Assembly: GCA_044892525.1 (NCBI GenBank)
Contig: CM097885.1
Span: 6,326,001-6,390,000 of the forward strand
Source: Schmidtea polychroa
Taxonomy: Eukaryota
Length of the DNA stretch: 64,000 bases
Reading direction: 5' to 3'
Below the pieces are notes generated by a model. The model did not search any database. It saw only the letters and a program-made list of their open reading frames with translations, and was not told where the DNA came from. The position numbers and the translations under genes are program-made. Numbering within the stretch: the first letter of the stretch is position 1; each line of letters starts with the position of its first letter. Below are positions 39,101 to 46,899 of this stretch, in pieces.

Positions 39101-39315
39101 AAGTAAAACCTGCCAAACCACGATGGCCTTTCTATGTAATTTCATCAAGCATTTTAGCATTGAGTATTTTAGCTATTATCACCAGTGTTCAAGTGTATAA
39201 AAAATACAAATGGAAAAGGCAGCGGTATCGGCACCGACTGGTCAAAAATGTACCAGGGCATTTTCATTTGGATAAGTATAGGCCAGGACAATATACAATG
39301 TCCTCATTGGTTTAA
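30199..39315 (+). CDS. Single polyprotein Gag-UBL-AT-hook-Env(glycoprotein)-PR-RT-RNaseH-IN-FN3/TM (first ATG at 30232)
   Basis: Capsid-like N-terminus. CCHC CYNCQKYGHLAKVC at 31219-31260. Hydrophobic signal plus AYDC glycoprotein from 32887, with a TM at about 34534-34650. Protease DTG at 35062. RT motifs WASPIV..RMCIDYRKLN, LPFGL and YMDD (36325). RNase H motifs TDAS, EKECYA and TDHKPL. Integrase HHCC, DDE core and GPY. C-terminal membrane protein at 38482-39315. Confidence 0.95.
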   Translation: MYNLRNRIVYRMNNNNNNYIKILPVEPYRGEPEKFDDFFTEIAQYAEACGWTPDELKMRIPLYLKGYALQAYNNLECKGNNFDQLVRYLRAEIVIDSDLQKINVQKFRNRYQGTRESVGEYVYTITELAKKAFGAGEHTAKLIEDQFWNGIQKYLYKALIMVEYGNLNELVHKAKRIEAIQRDRFSSHVDAMEIQKPIEVKSELGKSDDNIPWEEMKQLYLNFVKNRRRVSPSPDRSQSPENRRRFDNVRNRNFENRNNRNTFDRDNRNSYTRDNRVDFSRNNWRNNKYDRNNRYDNRDNTNELRRRQTSPYRQNSYRERRGSPYNNDGRDKVNFNGQIKCYNCQKYGHLAKVCNNARSESPNRVRFKNEPEIKQINSAELISANDEINSLREELKEFKTQYGRLIERKLEMSLNEFQCFTNDVDIDNDEFREAREADEKFLAETNRCKELKKELRETLEKWPYDDNETLRIINRVQVEGIDLEYLRNLIPLMVKRQNMTRVFELEIELKEMIKCYGEFVRKNQKLHESLNITIEAKDLSRILMRSTGVHVCTKVNKVKQMARANWPEKLGDNDKVKLYFNGVEMMNNEYIIDYGVNVIDNNIISAVIERQESKEIDTPTPPVELSINDENDYDKLFRLWDASSGGAMRSPTASEEIFKPIDTKYGNLHETIEKIAKQANMQDAETMRRGRGRPRKSEIAEKSDDRKAAERLRDIANNMRQEVSKNQDNDKDIKMITELVKAMNMRRFPEAKPSALIENIVKKIKLMEKEIRELSAEEANEETVLKILFTTGVNRDKVITAMAYLIARYKKLLRLNPKNQIENIAKMIYNKLKIDAMPWIKLKGGWKILYDESLIESAQEGVEDNINVEIDDTEETVKNLVNKTTMKPSQKERKSTMSIVIIVITLLLDLIKGNNAIIAYDCQNPKWGQKYSLLDVENCPEANPTKLIVADPKIFHIYQESDFIHTEAGECIVKYSEESFVCNKVARTILTPTWAPEAIIITPVECENAFKTKKIKTPDGFELDAQVGARVRQLVNVVGWSSTGGYCEGGRYKIWGHVADNIVVRRQYYIELRKFKASFDSSSKKMMTHKFCTLDETSCDTGESMIIYKVNKYECHLTKLKTLKFRTIRGKQFTDMESKNIKDQKRRATIIQERDTPTIYMSDSETEAMRFVGKGESIKCGKAVIQTNYEGIYISGSEIKEAKSKIDKFDVKLASYFNNKIDYFYHHQLVQLDKVYQATIANDCKLNREILRTKMAVAVTNPDLMAPILFAEKGTFARVVGEVIQTFQCKPVSVSLATNNKCTNELPVVYKGETVYLQPITRILTDKDYVPRKIDKCTNLLDPLYKINDDMWITMSDRKEATKPQKLELTELEKKLEFQEVNEMDNNGMYTREAIESARKHMLFPHEKEKVLSIMVNKIIENSYGGNYNFDVLLSKEHFKKVVYRVLYSIWGYFAILGNTFSTILGIYYMVALLKMICSSLVSLRQLRQVFGNSYKMIACLCPFIAKYLITARHDKEIKRMKSRREEGEIMITNEKEDDTNRSENTEQPHIGLYDNQREQLTELRNNIEIRIPGENGNCHCVPRKTYGCYGLELDDILEGLNEARPKLQIVINDTIIKALCDTGAAASMIREDQLTGNQKKNIVSTRDRVISLSSHYIPLKGDIELTVHFSDQVVEHVFKVVAECKCVCVLGMDILKKLKNCVIDLTDSTVKRKAICQDARFTEVIALETFELEYQSDHIIPVKVNVKSEDTFIFEPETAISRNHNVMLTDECVIPNNGIIPIRIANYERNKVKIHKGTKLGKLFKGELEQTFEVCEMSMTKDVSERMVEQSRANNIKFYDKIKINNNYLNETQQLQLQILLDEYSDVFAKHEFDLGDTDIIKHVIDTGNARPIKQRPYSVPYKLREEIKRQIKELKEAGVIKRSFSQWASPIVPFRKKDGEIRMCIDYRKLNDVTVKDSYPFPKAQEQYDKLRDTKYFTVIDANKGYMQIQMEEGDAEKTAFVIEDGLYEYTRLPFGLTNAPATFQRLMNTVLVDVQHCAVYMDDILISSKTFEEHLKDIANVLERLRKAKIKIKPTKCKWAEPSALFLGHIVTVNGIIPNPDKIEVVKKFPVPKTLQQVQGFLGLTGYYRKFIQDYAKIAAPLIELTKGVKTKGESKGVLIVQEINDKINKPQKKWKDEHQKAFDQLKEKLITAPILRYPDFKKQFIVMTDASGKAVGAVLGQEEEKGKDYVIAYASKTLKGAQIRYSTIEKECYAIVFALKQFKPYIYGTEVVIRTDHKPLEGLWKHKDTSSRLLKWAMKIQDMHIKIAYKPGRINRNADALSRIPELGALEVFALVTEKPIEIYEEQMKDPELFKIREEIKKGTNQKYKICKKLIVIEDFSGKQLIAVPQRLRQILLLQYHDGALGGHLSSRKTASRLMQKYYWDDLKKDVKRWCNACTICATRKNTGTKTKAPLHPIPATTSPMELCAMDFLCKLPTTINGNKHILVFSDYFTKWAEAFPTKDETAETVAKLLVEKIIFKIGTPRKLLTDKGKNFMSETIKRVANIFNMHKINTTAYHPQTDGLVERFNGSLLSRLAVFVGKNQNDWDEYVNQCTYIHNITPNETTGYSPYFLMFLREPATPIDTIFEPRVSQYLDAPDYVTLMQERLQEVYKVANLKVKFRQEQYKADYDKNSKPHNFKVGDKVRLMSPQVGKGKTTKLARPFKGPYEVVKVVHENLHLQKHKNEDPIIVYVNRCKLAETELIEKQPHKYGLRSQKALMMAAIFLTIVGLCKSTEVENESIHSVKYMEEDILINISPYKIKVYNLNKSPIRDLYLETGDDIPKLMKKVENRSTNEFERGDNVEFINLQPNTNYTLCAQWNTLVDTSQVRCKRIRTTITNIYKPIDNSMPTTTITITTTNSASTQQSLQTITNTDRETTFKVTRQIYKKLIIKNLRQFDRKLVKLPTGKPIIINNWDELRAFQVKPAKPRWPFYVISSSILALSILAIITSVQVYKKYKWKRQRYRHRLVKNVPGHFHLDKYRPGQYTMSSLV

Positions 39316-39460
39316 AAATAATATAGATAATTTCAATTCCTATTGGTCAATGATAATATTTAAACTCACATATATTTATATTTTTATTTATATTGAAGCG
39401 TATAAGGTAAAGCCTCAAATGCGCTGTAAATATGTATGTTTATATTGTTTTTTTAGAAAA

Positions 39461-41341
39461 ATGCAATCCAACAATACCAGAGTCAATTCCAAACCATTCA
39501 ATCCCATACAACGTCCAGTCCAACAATACAGCTGCTCCATTCAAAAACTATACCACAGTTTCTACAAAAATTTGCAAAATAAAATCACCTCAGACGGCTC
39601 ACCAATCACCATCAGAAGTTTCCCTAACCAGGTCTGCATACCCAATGAAATGAAGTGCGAAATCGAAGAAAGAGAAATGCACTTAGTTAAATTTAATGAA
39701 GCCCGAAGGATAAAGCTGAGAGATATAATAGGCACCTATGATATGTTCAAAAATGCAGATATCGCAGCAAATGAAGGAAGAAAAGTCCCACATAGAATAC
39801 TATTCCATATGACCAGAACGGAGGTCTCAATTTGCCAACAACGAATCCCTATTATAACAACAAGCAACTGCACGGTGGTGATCAAGACGATGAAAACAAA
39901 TCGAAGCGTGCCAAACGATTTCAACAATTTGGTCATCCAAATGAACAATTTACCCTGTGTAATGGCTATCGAAATTCTATATGTCCCAACCATACCCAAC
40001 CCTTTCAGAGAATTAGAGATGATACAGTCGGAAATCGTGATACACCAGGATTTCATCTCGAAACGGATGTCATTCACACATCAACAGTTGTCAATCCCCG
40101 AACGACAAAGGGCAATCATGTTCGTCGATGTCAAAGAAGTATGCGACATCAATAACAATCTCAGACCAGTAGAGATATGCATCAGAAATTTTAGAGGAGA
40201 AATCGTATACAATAAAAAGGTGACTCCACGCACCAAAGTCCAACATTATTACCCGGAGAAGACAAGAGCAGACAGAGATTCGATAAGAGGAAACGAAGAC
40301 GAATACCAAGCGCTGATCGACATACAGAAGCTGCTACTCGGAAAAATCATTGTGGGATACGAAATAATAAAGAAACTTAAGACGCTGACATTAGATCTGT
40401 ACAATGTCATGGGAGTCAGAGAGTTAGCTGAAGATGTGTTCATGTGTTCATTCGTCAAAAATGTAGCACCACACAGAATCAAATTATCGAATCTCGCATA
40501 CAAAGTGATCGCAACACACCCAAAATGAAAGAAAGACAAAGCAATCAACAACATCCTCAAAAAACCCGAACCGTTCTCAGCAGAAGATACAACACTAATC
40601 GCAAAAGTCATTTACCTCTTGATCGAAAAGCAATGGGAAGAAGTCATAAGGTGGGACATGACAGCATTCCAAAAGGAAAATAATGGCCATCAACTCAGTC
40701 CAATAGAAGAAAACAGCGATGAGCCAGAAGAATTTGAGGAAGATATATATATCGAACCTTCACAAAGAGAATTGAAATTCAATAAAGATGGGAGCAGACG
40801 TACCTTTGAAGATGAACTAATGGACAGCGATGATGACATCATATTCGTCAAAGAGGACAAAAAACCACAAGCAATCACAATAAAGGAAGAACCTCAAACA
40901 TCAAGAAGTTACAACTATGCTGACCCACAATGTGATTTAGACTCGGATGAAGAATATTTCTCACCTGGCGAAGCAATGCAGATAGATGACGAACTAGGAC
41001 CAGAGCCAAATGTCGAGTTGGAGGAGCCAATGTTCATCATCAAAGAGGGAAGATCCACTATCTCGGAAAAAGAAATACATCAACACTTCGGCAGACGAAT
41101 TATTGATGGTGACGTGTTAAAATTGGCATTGAAGAAAGGATTCCAAAGAGCAACAATGTATATAAACGGTTGTGAAATCGAATTGGTCCTTAGCGATAAA
41201 GGTAATGAGGACATTACTTTATCGGCCCTAGGAGGAGTGTTGGATGACAGAGGAAGAAGAATCGAAGAGTTTGAATTAACACATTACTATAGAACGGGCA
41301 GCAACAAGTTCAGAATCAATATATACGTGGAGCCCAGATAA
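39461..41341 (+). CDS. Accessory ORF2 (~626 codons) containing a DEDDh/REX4-like exonuclease fold, interrupted by one in-frame TGA at 40526-40528
   Basis: ORFs 39185-40528 and 40619-41341 are in the same frame and separated only by a single TGA. The likely start ATG at 39461 follows a polypyrimidine/AG acceptor-like site. Confidence 0.7.
41230..41237 (+). promoter_or_regulatory. Polypurine tract
   Basis: AGGAGGAG immediately precedes the TG of the 3' LTR. Confidence 0.75.
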
Positions 41342-42372
41342 CTCAAGCCGGACAAATCAAAACAATTATCATTACAATTTGACTACTGACTTATGTACAT
41401 TAGTGATTTATCGGACTATTATTTTATGACAATTATTATTTACGGTGTTTTATATTATTTTATCAATGTATCTTATTTATTTTATGGAGTTATATGTATT
41501 TTATGTTGATATTTCATGTAAATAAAACATAGTATGGGGATTAATTAAATAATTAATATCAGTATAATTACAAAATACATAATATTGAAAATAATAAGTG
41601 GACATTTTAAATAATTGAAAAACATATGTTGAAAATAATGAAAATAATAAGTGGACATTTTAAATTGAAAAACATATGTTGAAAATAATGAAAATAATAA
41701 GTGGACATTTTAAATAATTGAAAAACATATGTTAGGAGCATGAGTGGTTCTCGAGTCGTGGGAACATAATTTTAACAATAATTAACAGCAATAATAATAA
41801 TTTTAGCAATAATAATAATTTTAATAATAATTAATAGCAATAATAATAATTTTAATTTTTATCACAAATTTTTAGCAATCATAAATAATTTTAATATTTT
41901 AACAATAATCAATTTTGTAGCAGTTATTTAACACTTTAATAAGCATGTATATAAAAATATATTAATTTCTTAATTATATTTCTTAAGTACACTTGAAAAT
42001 TATAACAATTTAATTTCATATACGAAAAAAGTATAAATAGCGAGTCAAAATTCATTTTTTTCGCCCCAAAATTTTAACCGCGTTAACATACTAAAAAGGT
42101 TAATCCTTATTAGTGCTAAAACTCGAACAGACAAACAGAAACGTTCAAAAGCCTACACGCAACACAGCAAGAGAATACATAACATTCACACAATACACAC
42201 AAGCATATTCGATTGGATATTTAAAGGATTTTTGGATTTTTGTAGCAAACAAATTCATATTGGTAAATTTTTATTTATAATAAAAGTTTTATAACTCACT
42301 TCGTCTTTTGATATATTTGTACATATATAAGAACCAGTAAGTTGAGTGTTCCCGAATATCGAGACCTCAACA
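41238..42372 (+). repeat. 3' LTR
   Basis: Same length as the 5' LTR and virtually identical to it; followed by the ATAT TSD. Confidence 0.97.
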
Positions 42373-44149
42373 ATATTTATGAATATTTAACCTATCTCGC
42401 AAAAGATTTGAGCAGGGATCGGCCCTTATTTCTAAGTTAATCCACACTTCCCATAATATTTAAATTGTCCTTCAAAAAATTTGAGCAGGGATCTACCTGT
42501 ATTCTTAGTCCTAACCTATGTTTGACCAAAGTACTTCCAGCAACGGACCCGTGGAGAAGCCTCCACATTTCGGCCCGAAATCAGTTGCACGATTGAAAAG
42601 CAAGCATACCCACCAGTCTGAGCATCCCGAAGGTAGCTCAAACCATGATATGCTGGATCTCAATTCCACGGTACTATCGTTCATAATCAATAAGTATAAC
42701 AATTGAACCCAATAAAAATTATTATCCAAAACTTAAAAATTAAATGAAAATTAAACAATTAAACAACTGAACTAAATTGAATATAAAATTTATTTAGCTT
42801 AAAACATTACACAAAAATTTCATATAAAAAAAAATAAAATTACCCAACCCAATCCACGATGGCATAAAATCGAGAAAAACTGAGAGCAAGTGTTTACCGT
42901 CAATGTAATGGTTACACTATCCGAAATGACCATTTGTGGCGTTGAAAAAACTAGCTTCTTCAAATGAATTTGTAATCAGTATTTATACTGATTTTGAATC
43001 CGCATTCATGCATTCTCTGCCACTCTATCCAATTAGAGTGCGAGAAATTTTGAATTAATTTTGCATACATGCATGAGTGTGTGCAATTAATTATTTATTT
43101 TTAATTTAATTAATTAATTATTTAATTTATTATTAATTTTAATTTTATAAATTTTATAATTTAAATAATTTGAGTTATATTAATTTTTATTAATTTAAAC
43201 ACTTCTATACTTTAAATTTAATAAGTTACATAACCATTTAATTCTATAAACTTTACAATTTACATAATGCTAACTAATTTTATTATTTTGACGATTTAAT
43301 TTTTATATCGTTTAAATAATTTTCAAATTTATATTTTACATTTTATTATGTTTCTATCGAAAGTTTTAAGTTTTGAATTTTTTTGTTAAATTTATTTATC
43401 TCTTTATTCTATTATACGGGGTTTATTGATTCTTAATGTGTGATGTAACTTATTTTATTTATTTTATATTAAACCTTGATCATTTTCAACTTTGCGCTTT
43501 TTGTGTTAGGTATTTTCGATCGATTAAAACAACACTAAAATATGTGTAGTTTTGTGTTTATATGTTTTGTATAAATTAAATCAAGTTATTCCTCAAATTG
43601 AAGATGAATTTATAAAAATAATTCAAGAAATCTATAATGATTTAGAAACTTGTCATTAAAAGTTTTCCAAAAATTAATAGAATAAGTTTTTAAAATTTTT
43701 CCAAAATTTTAAAAACAAATTGGAGTCAAGTTTGAAAAAAATGGAGAATATAATAGAAAATATTGAATTCGTCCTCAATATATCCGACTCCTTCGTAACA
43801 AGATTAATGGAATTTCCATCATAAATTAACTTATTCATTTTCTTTCGCTATTTTCTTTTCCTTTTCATAATTAGTTATTTTTCTTTCGTTATTAGATTAA
43901 ATGTGAGTTTAATTGTATATATTGGTGGTTTTGGGAAACATTTAAAGGGTATATCATGTGGGATATTTTATAATCAAACATATTGAGAAAGGGTCAAACT
44001 ACTAAAGGGGTCCTTTAAGTTTTTTATTAACAAAAATAATTCATTACAAAAATTAGAATATTTTATTAAAATTGTAAATTACTTTTTATAAAAAAGGAGA
44101 ATTTCAAAAACGTAATTTAAATAATTATTTTTCATAATTATTTCAAATC

Positions 44150-44410
44150 TTGATTTGATCACATTGAATTCCTCAACATGAATCAATAAATATATCGATA
44201 TTTTTTTATATTCACGAATTTTCAGCACAGCCTTTTTCAAGTGACTCTGAATGTCTCCACATAAAAATTAATTTTAATTTGTAATAAACTGAATAAGACA
44301 TCAAGTGATATTTCAAGTGATTTTTTCACTTGAAAAAGGCTATGCCGAAAATTCGTGAATATCAAAAAGAACATCGATATGATATTTTTACTGATTTATA
44401 GTCAAGATTT
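44150..44410. mobile_element. Foldback/MITE-like inverted repeat; related sequence at about 16470-16600
   Basis: ATCGATATTTTTTTATATTCACGAATTTTCAGCACAGCCTTTTTCAAGTG is mirrored by CACTTGAAAAAGGCTATGCCGAAAATTCGTGAATATCAAAAAGAACATCGAT. Confidence 0.55.
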
Positions 44411-44572
44411 TAATAAATACAATGTCAATTGTAAAAAAATCAGAGGTGAAATTGAAAGAAGTTTCTATTGTTTGCAGTAATTTATTAATATTTAAATTAT
44501 TATACGTTTTAAAATTATTAAATTTAAAGGTTAAAGGGTATTTTTCAAATTTTGAAATGAGATACATTCATT

Positions 44573-45586
44573 TCATGTACCGCAAAGCGAATTCTTTTGG
44601 AAGGCGTATTTATTTGACTCGTCCACTAGAAATCTTAAAATTTCTTCACCGAAAAAATAAGAAAAAAACTGAAAAGGAGTGTCTAAGTTCATAATTTCTT
44701 GTGAATACTCAGTGTTTCCAGCAAACTGGAAAGCATTTTGGACTATGTCCATATTCTTTACTCTCCACACTAAGTTTCTATAGTTGAAAGGTTTAGTTTG
44801 CAGGTTGTTCTGGAAGCTAATTGTAGGAGTTGGGCTACGTTCGACAGTCTCTAAATTATGTTGCATGTCGGTATCTACGTTTGCTGCAGGCGGATCTGCA
44901 TCCAAGTTTGGGTCAGTGGGAAAATTACCTACATCCTCTTCATCTTCTAGCTCCATCAGGCGATCTCTTTGGCTCGAATAATAGTCTATGTCATCTTCAT
45001 TGTCGGTGGAAATTTCACCATTTTCTAACCGCTTCAATATTCTCTTCATCTCTTCTGGTCGCATTTTTGATAAATTTCTATAATAAAATAAAAATAAAAG
45101 TAATTCCAACACCGAGCTATGCAGAAAAATAATGAAACGGAAGTTCAAAAAGTTTTTATAGCTAAAGAATTAGTAGGTAGGTTTTATGTAGGGCGGAATG
45201 CCTGAAGTATCAAAATTGATACTCACAAAAATAGCACTAGTTTCTTCAAGTAAAACATGCACTCGCAAAAAGTAATTATATCATAGCGAAAATAATATAT
45301 TCACTTACCTCAAAAGTATTTATTTTCTTCAGAAAAAGAAAAATATATCAAATTTGTATTCAACAAAACTTTTAGTAAAATGTGTTTACTTGTTCACTTT
45401 GCCGCGCAAGTAATAAGTCATAGATAAAATAAAACAATAATGACATTTGTTTTTTTTTAATTTCGTTGGAAAGAATATCATACAACAGTAAAATACGAAC
45501 AGCCAACCTATAAAAAAAACTAATAGTAATGTAAACATTCGGTTTAAAAGATTGGTATCAAAATTGAAACTCTAGGTTATTAAGGG
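44573..45586 (-). mobile_element. piggyBac transposon 5' remnant
   Basis: An acidic N-terminus is followed by LDTPFQFFSYFFGEEILRFLVDESNKYA (piggyBac transposase N-terminal motif). The terminus is ...AAGGG|TTAA at 45586-45590. Confidence 0.8.
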
Positions 45587-46899
45587 TTAAGTAAGATAAT
45601 TATATGAAGAAGCTTTGCAAAATCGCAGATATAAAGAAGAAGAATGTTTAACAAAGTCCATCAACACTTACGTGATAGTGGGAAGTTTTAGCAAAATTTA
45701 ATTGACTGTGATAGGCCACTATCCGTTTGAACACATGAATCCGAGGGAATCATTTTAAGAATGCTTGAAAGAAAATCCTCAAATACTTTGCCAACGGATC
45801 GTTGTGAATAGCATAAATCAAGTTATTCCAACGTTTAGAAAATTTTGAATCAAAACTGTTTGAAAGAAATTCAAACAATTCAGGGATCGATCCGTTAGAG
45901 GGGTAGAACCCTCAGTACTATTATTTATAATTTGAATCATTAATAAACAATAACAAAATTTAAGGATTTAGTCATTTAATATTTACCAAACTAACATGAC
46001 AACATTAATATTCAATAATAAATATAAAATAAAGGTCAAGGCAATCAAAAATCCAATTACAGGTACTTCACAAATGACAATGCACTAATACAAGAATTAG
46101 GGATGTTAAGACTACACTAGCTATTTGTGTAGATAATTGTTGCGGACTTTGAATTAAAATTTCCTTACTAGATTTCAAGTTTTGTTTATTAATACCACTT
46201 TATACTTCAATGTCTTCAAATAAAAATATAAAACTTGATCATTGCTATATTTCCAATAGCTTTCTCTTATCTGTTTTAAATGTTTTTTTCTTTTTTTATG
46301 CAATTATATATAAATACAATTTAAACACAAAATAAAGACAGACTAGAAATAACCAGAGAATTATATCTATACGACTCTTTCGTCTTAAAATCACCTGACA
46401 ACCACGTAGCTCAATACCAGTACATCCTTTATAAACTCATTTTCCTATGCCTAGCTTTTATTGCAAAATTAAAAGAATCCTTCCTAGTAAATAACTATAT
46501 ATTTAATTAAAAAAGCAAAGTATATTTGCAAATGATGTGATTTCCAGTGTACCGGGGAAAGTATGCAATAGAGTTGTATACTTACCTGGCGCAAAGAGAA
46601 ATCTTGATAGTATTGATGAGAGCCAAAAGCTCTAAACTAGTCTACTGTTGGGATTTGCACTGGTTATCACAAAGCTTGTACTGTTTATTTTATTCAAGTG
46701 AGATAATTATAAATTGATGATTACTTGGTAGCAGCATTAATTAAAATTTCAACAATTAAATGATAATTAAGGCTCTTTGCTACAAATAATATATTTAATA
46801 CAAATGAAAAAATTTCAAATATAAGATAGTCTTTTCAATTTCATGGATTTTAGCTTCTTTTATTTTCAAAAAAGCTCTTTAATTTTTATTTCCTTTTTT

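Larger units (their letters stand above)
28857..42372 (+). mobile_element. Full-length Gypsy/Metaviridae LTR retroelement (13.5 kb) with an internal envelope-like gene
   Basis: Two 1135-bp TGTTG...CAACA LTRs, ATAT TSD (28853-28856 and 42373-42376), PBS, PPT, and PR-RT-RH-IN domain order. Confidence 0.97.

Noticed and set aside
39185..39460. N-terminal extension of ORF2 overlapping the end of ORF1
   Set aside because: It begins at a non-ATG codon and crosses AT-rich, intron-like low-complexity sequence. ATG 39461 after an acceptor-like site is more plausible.
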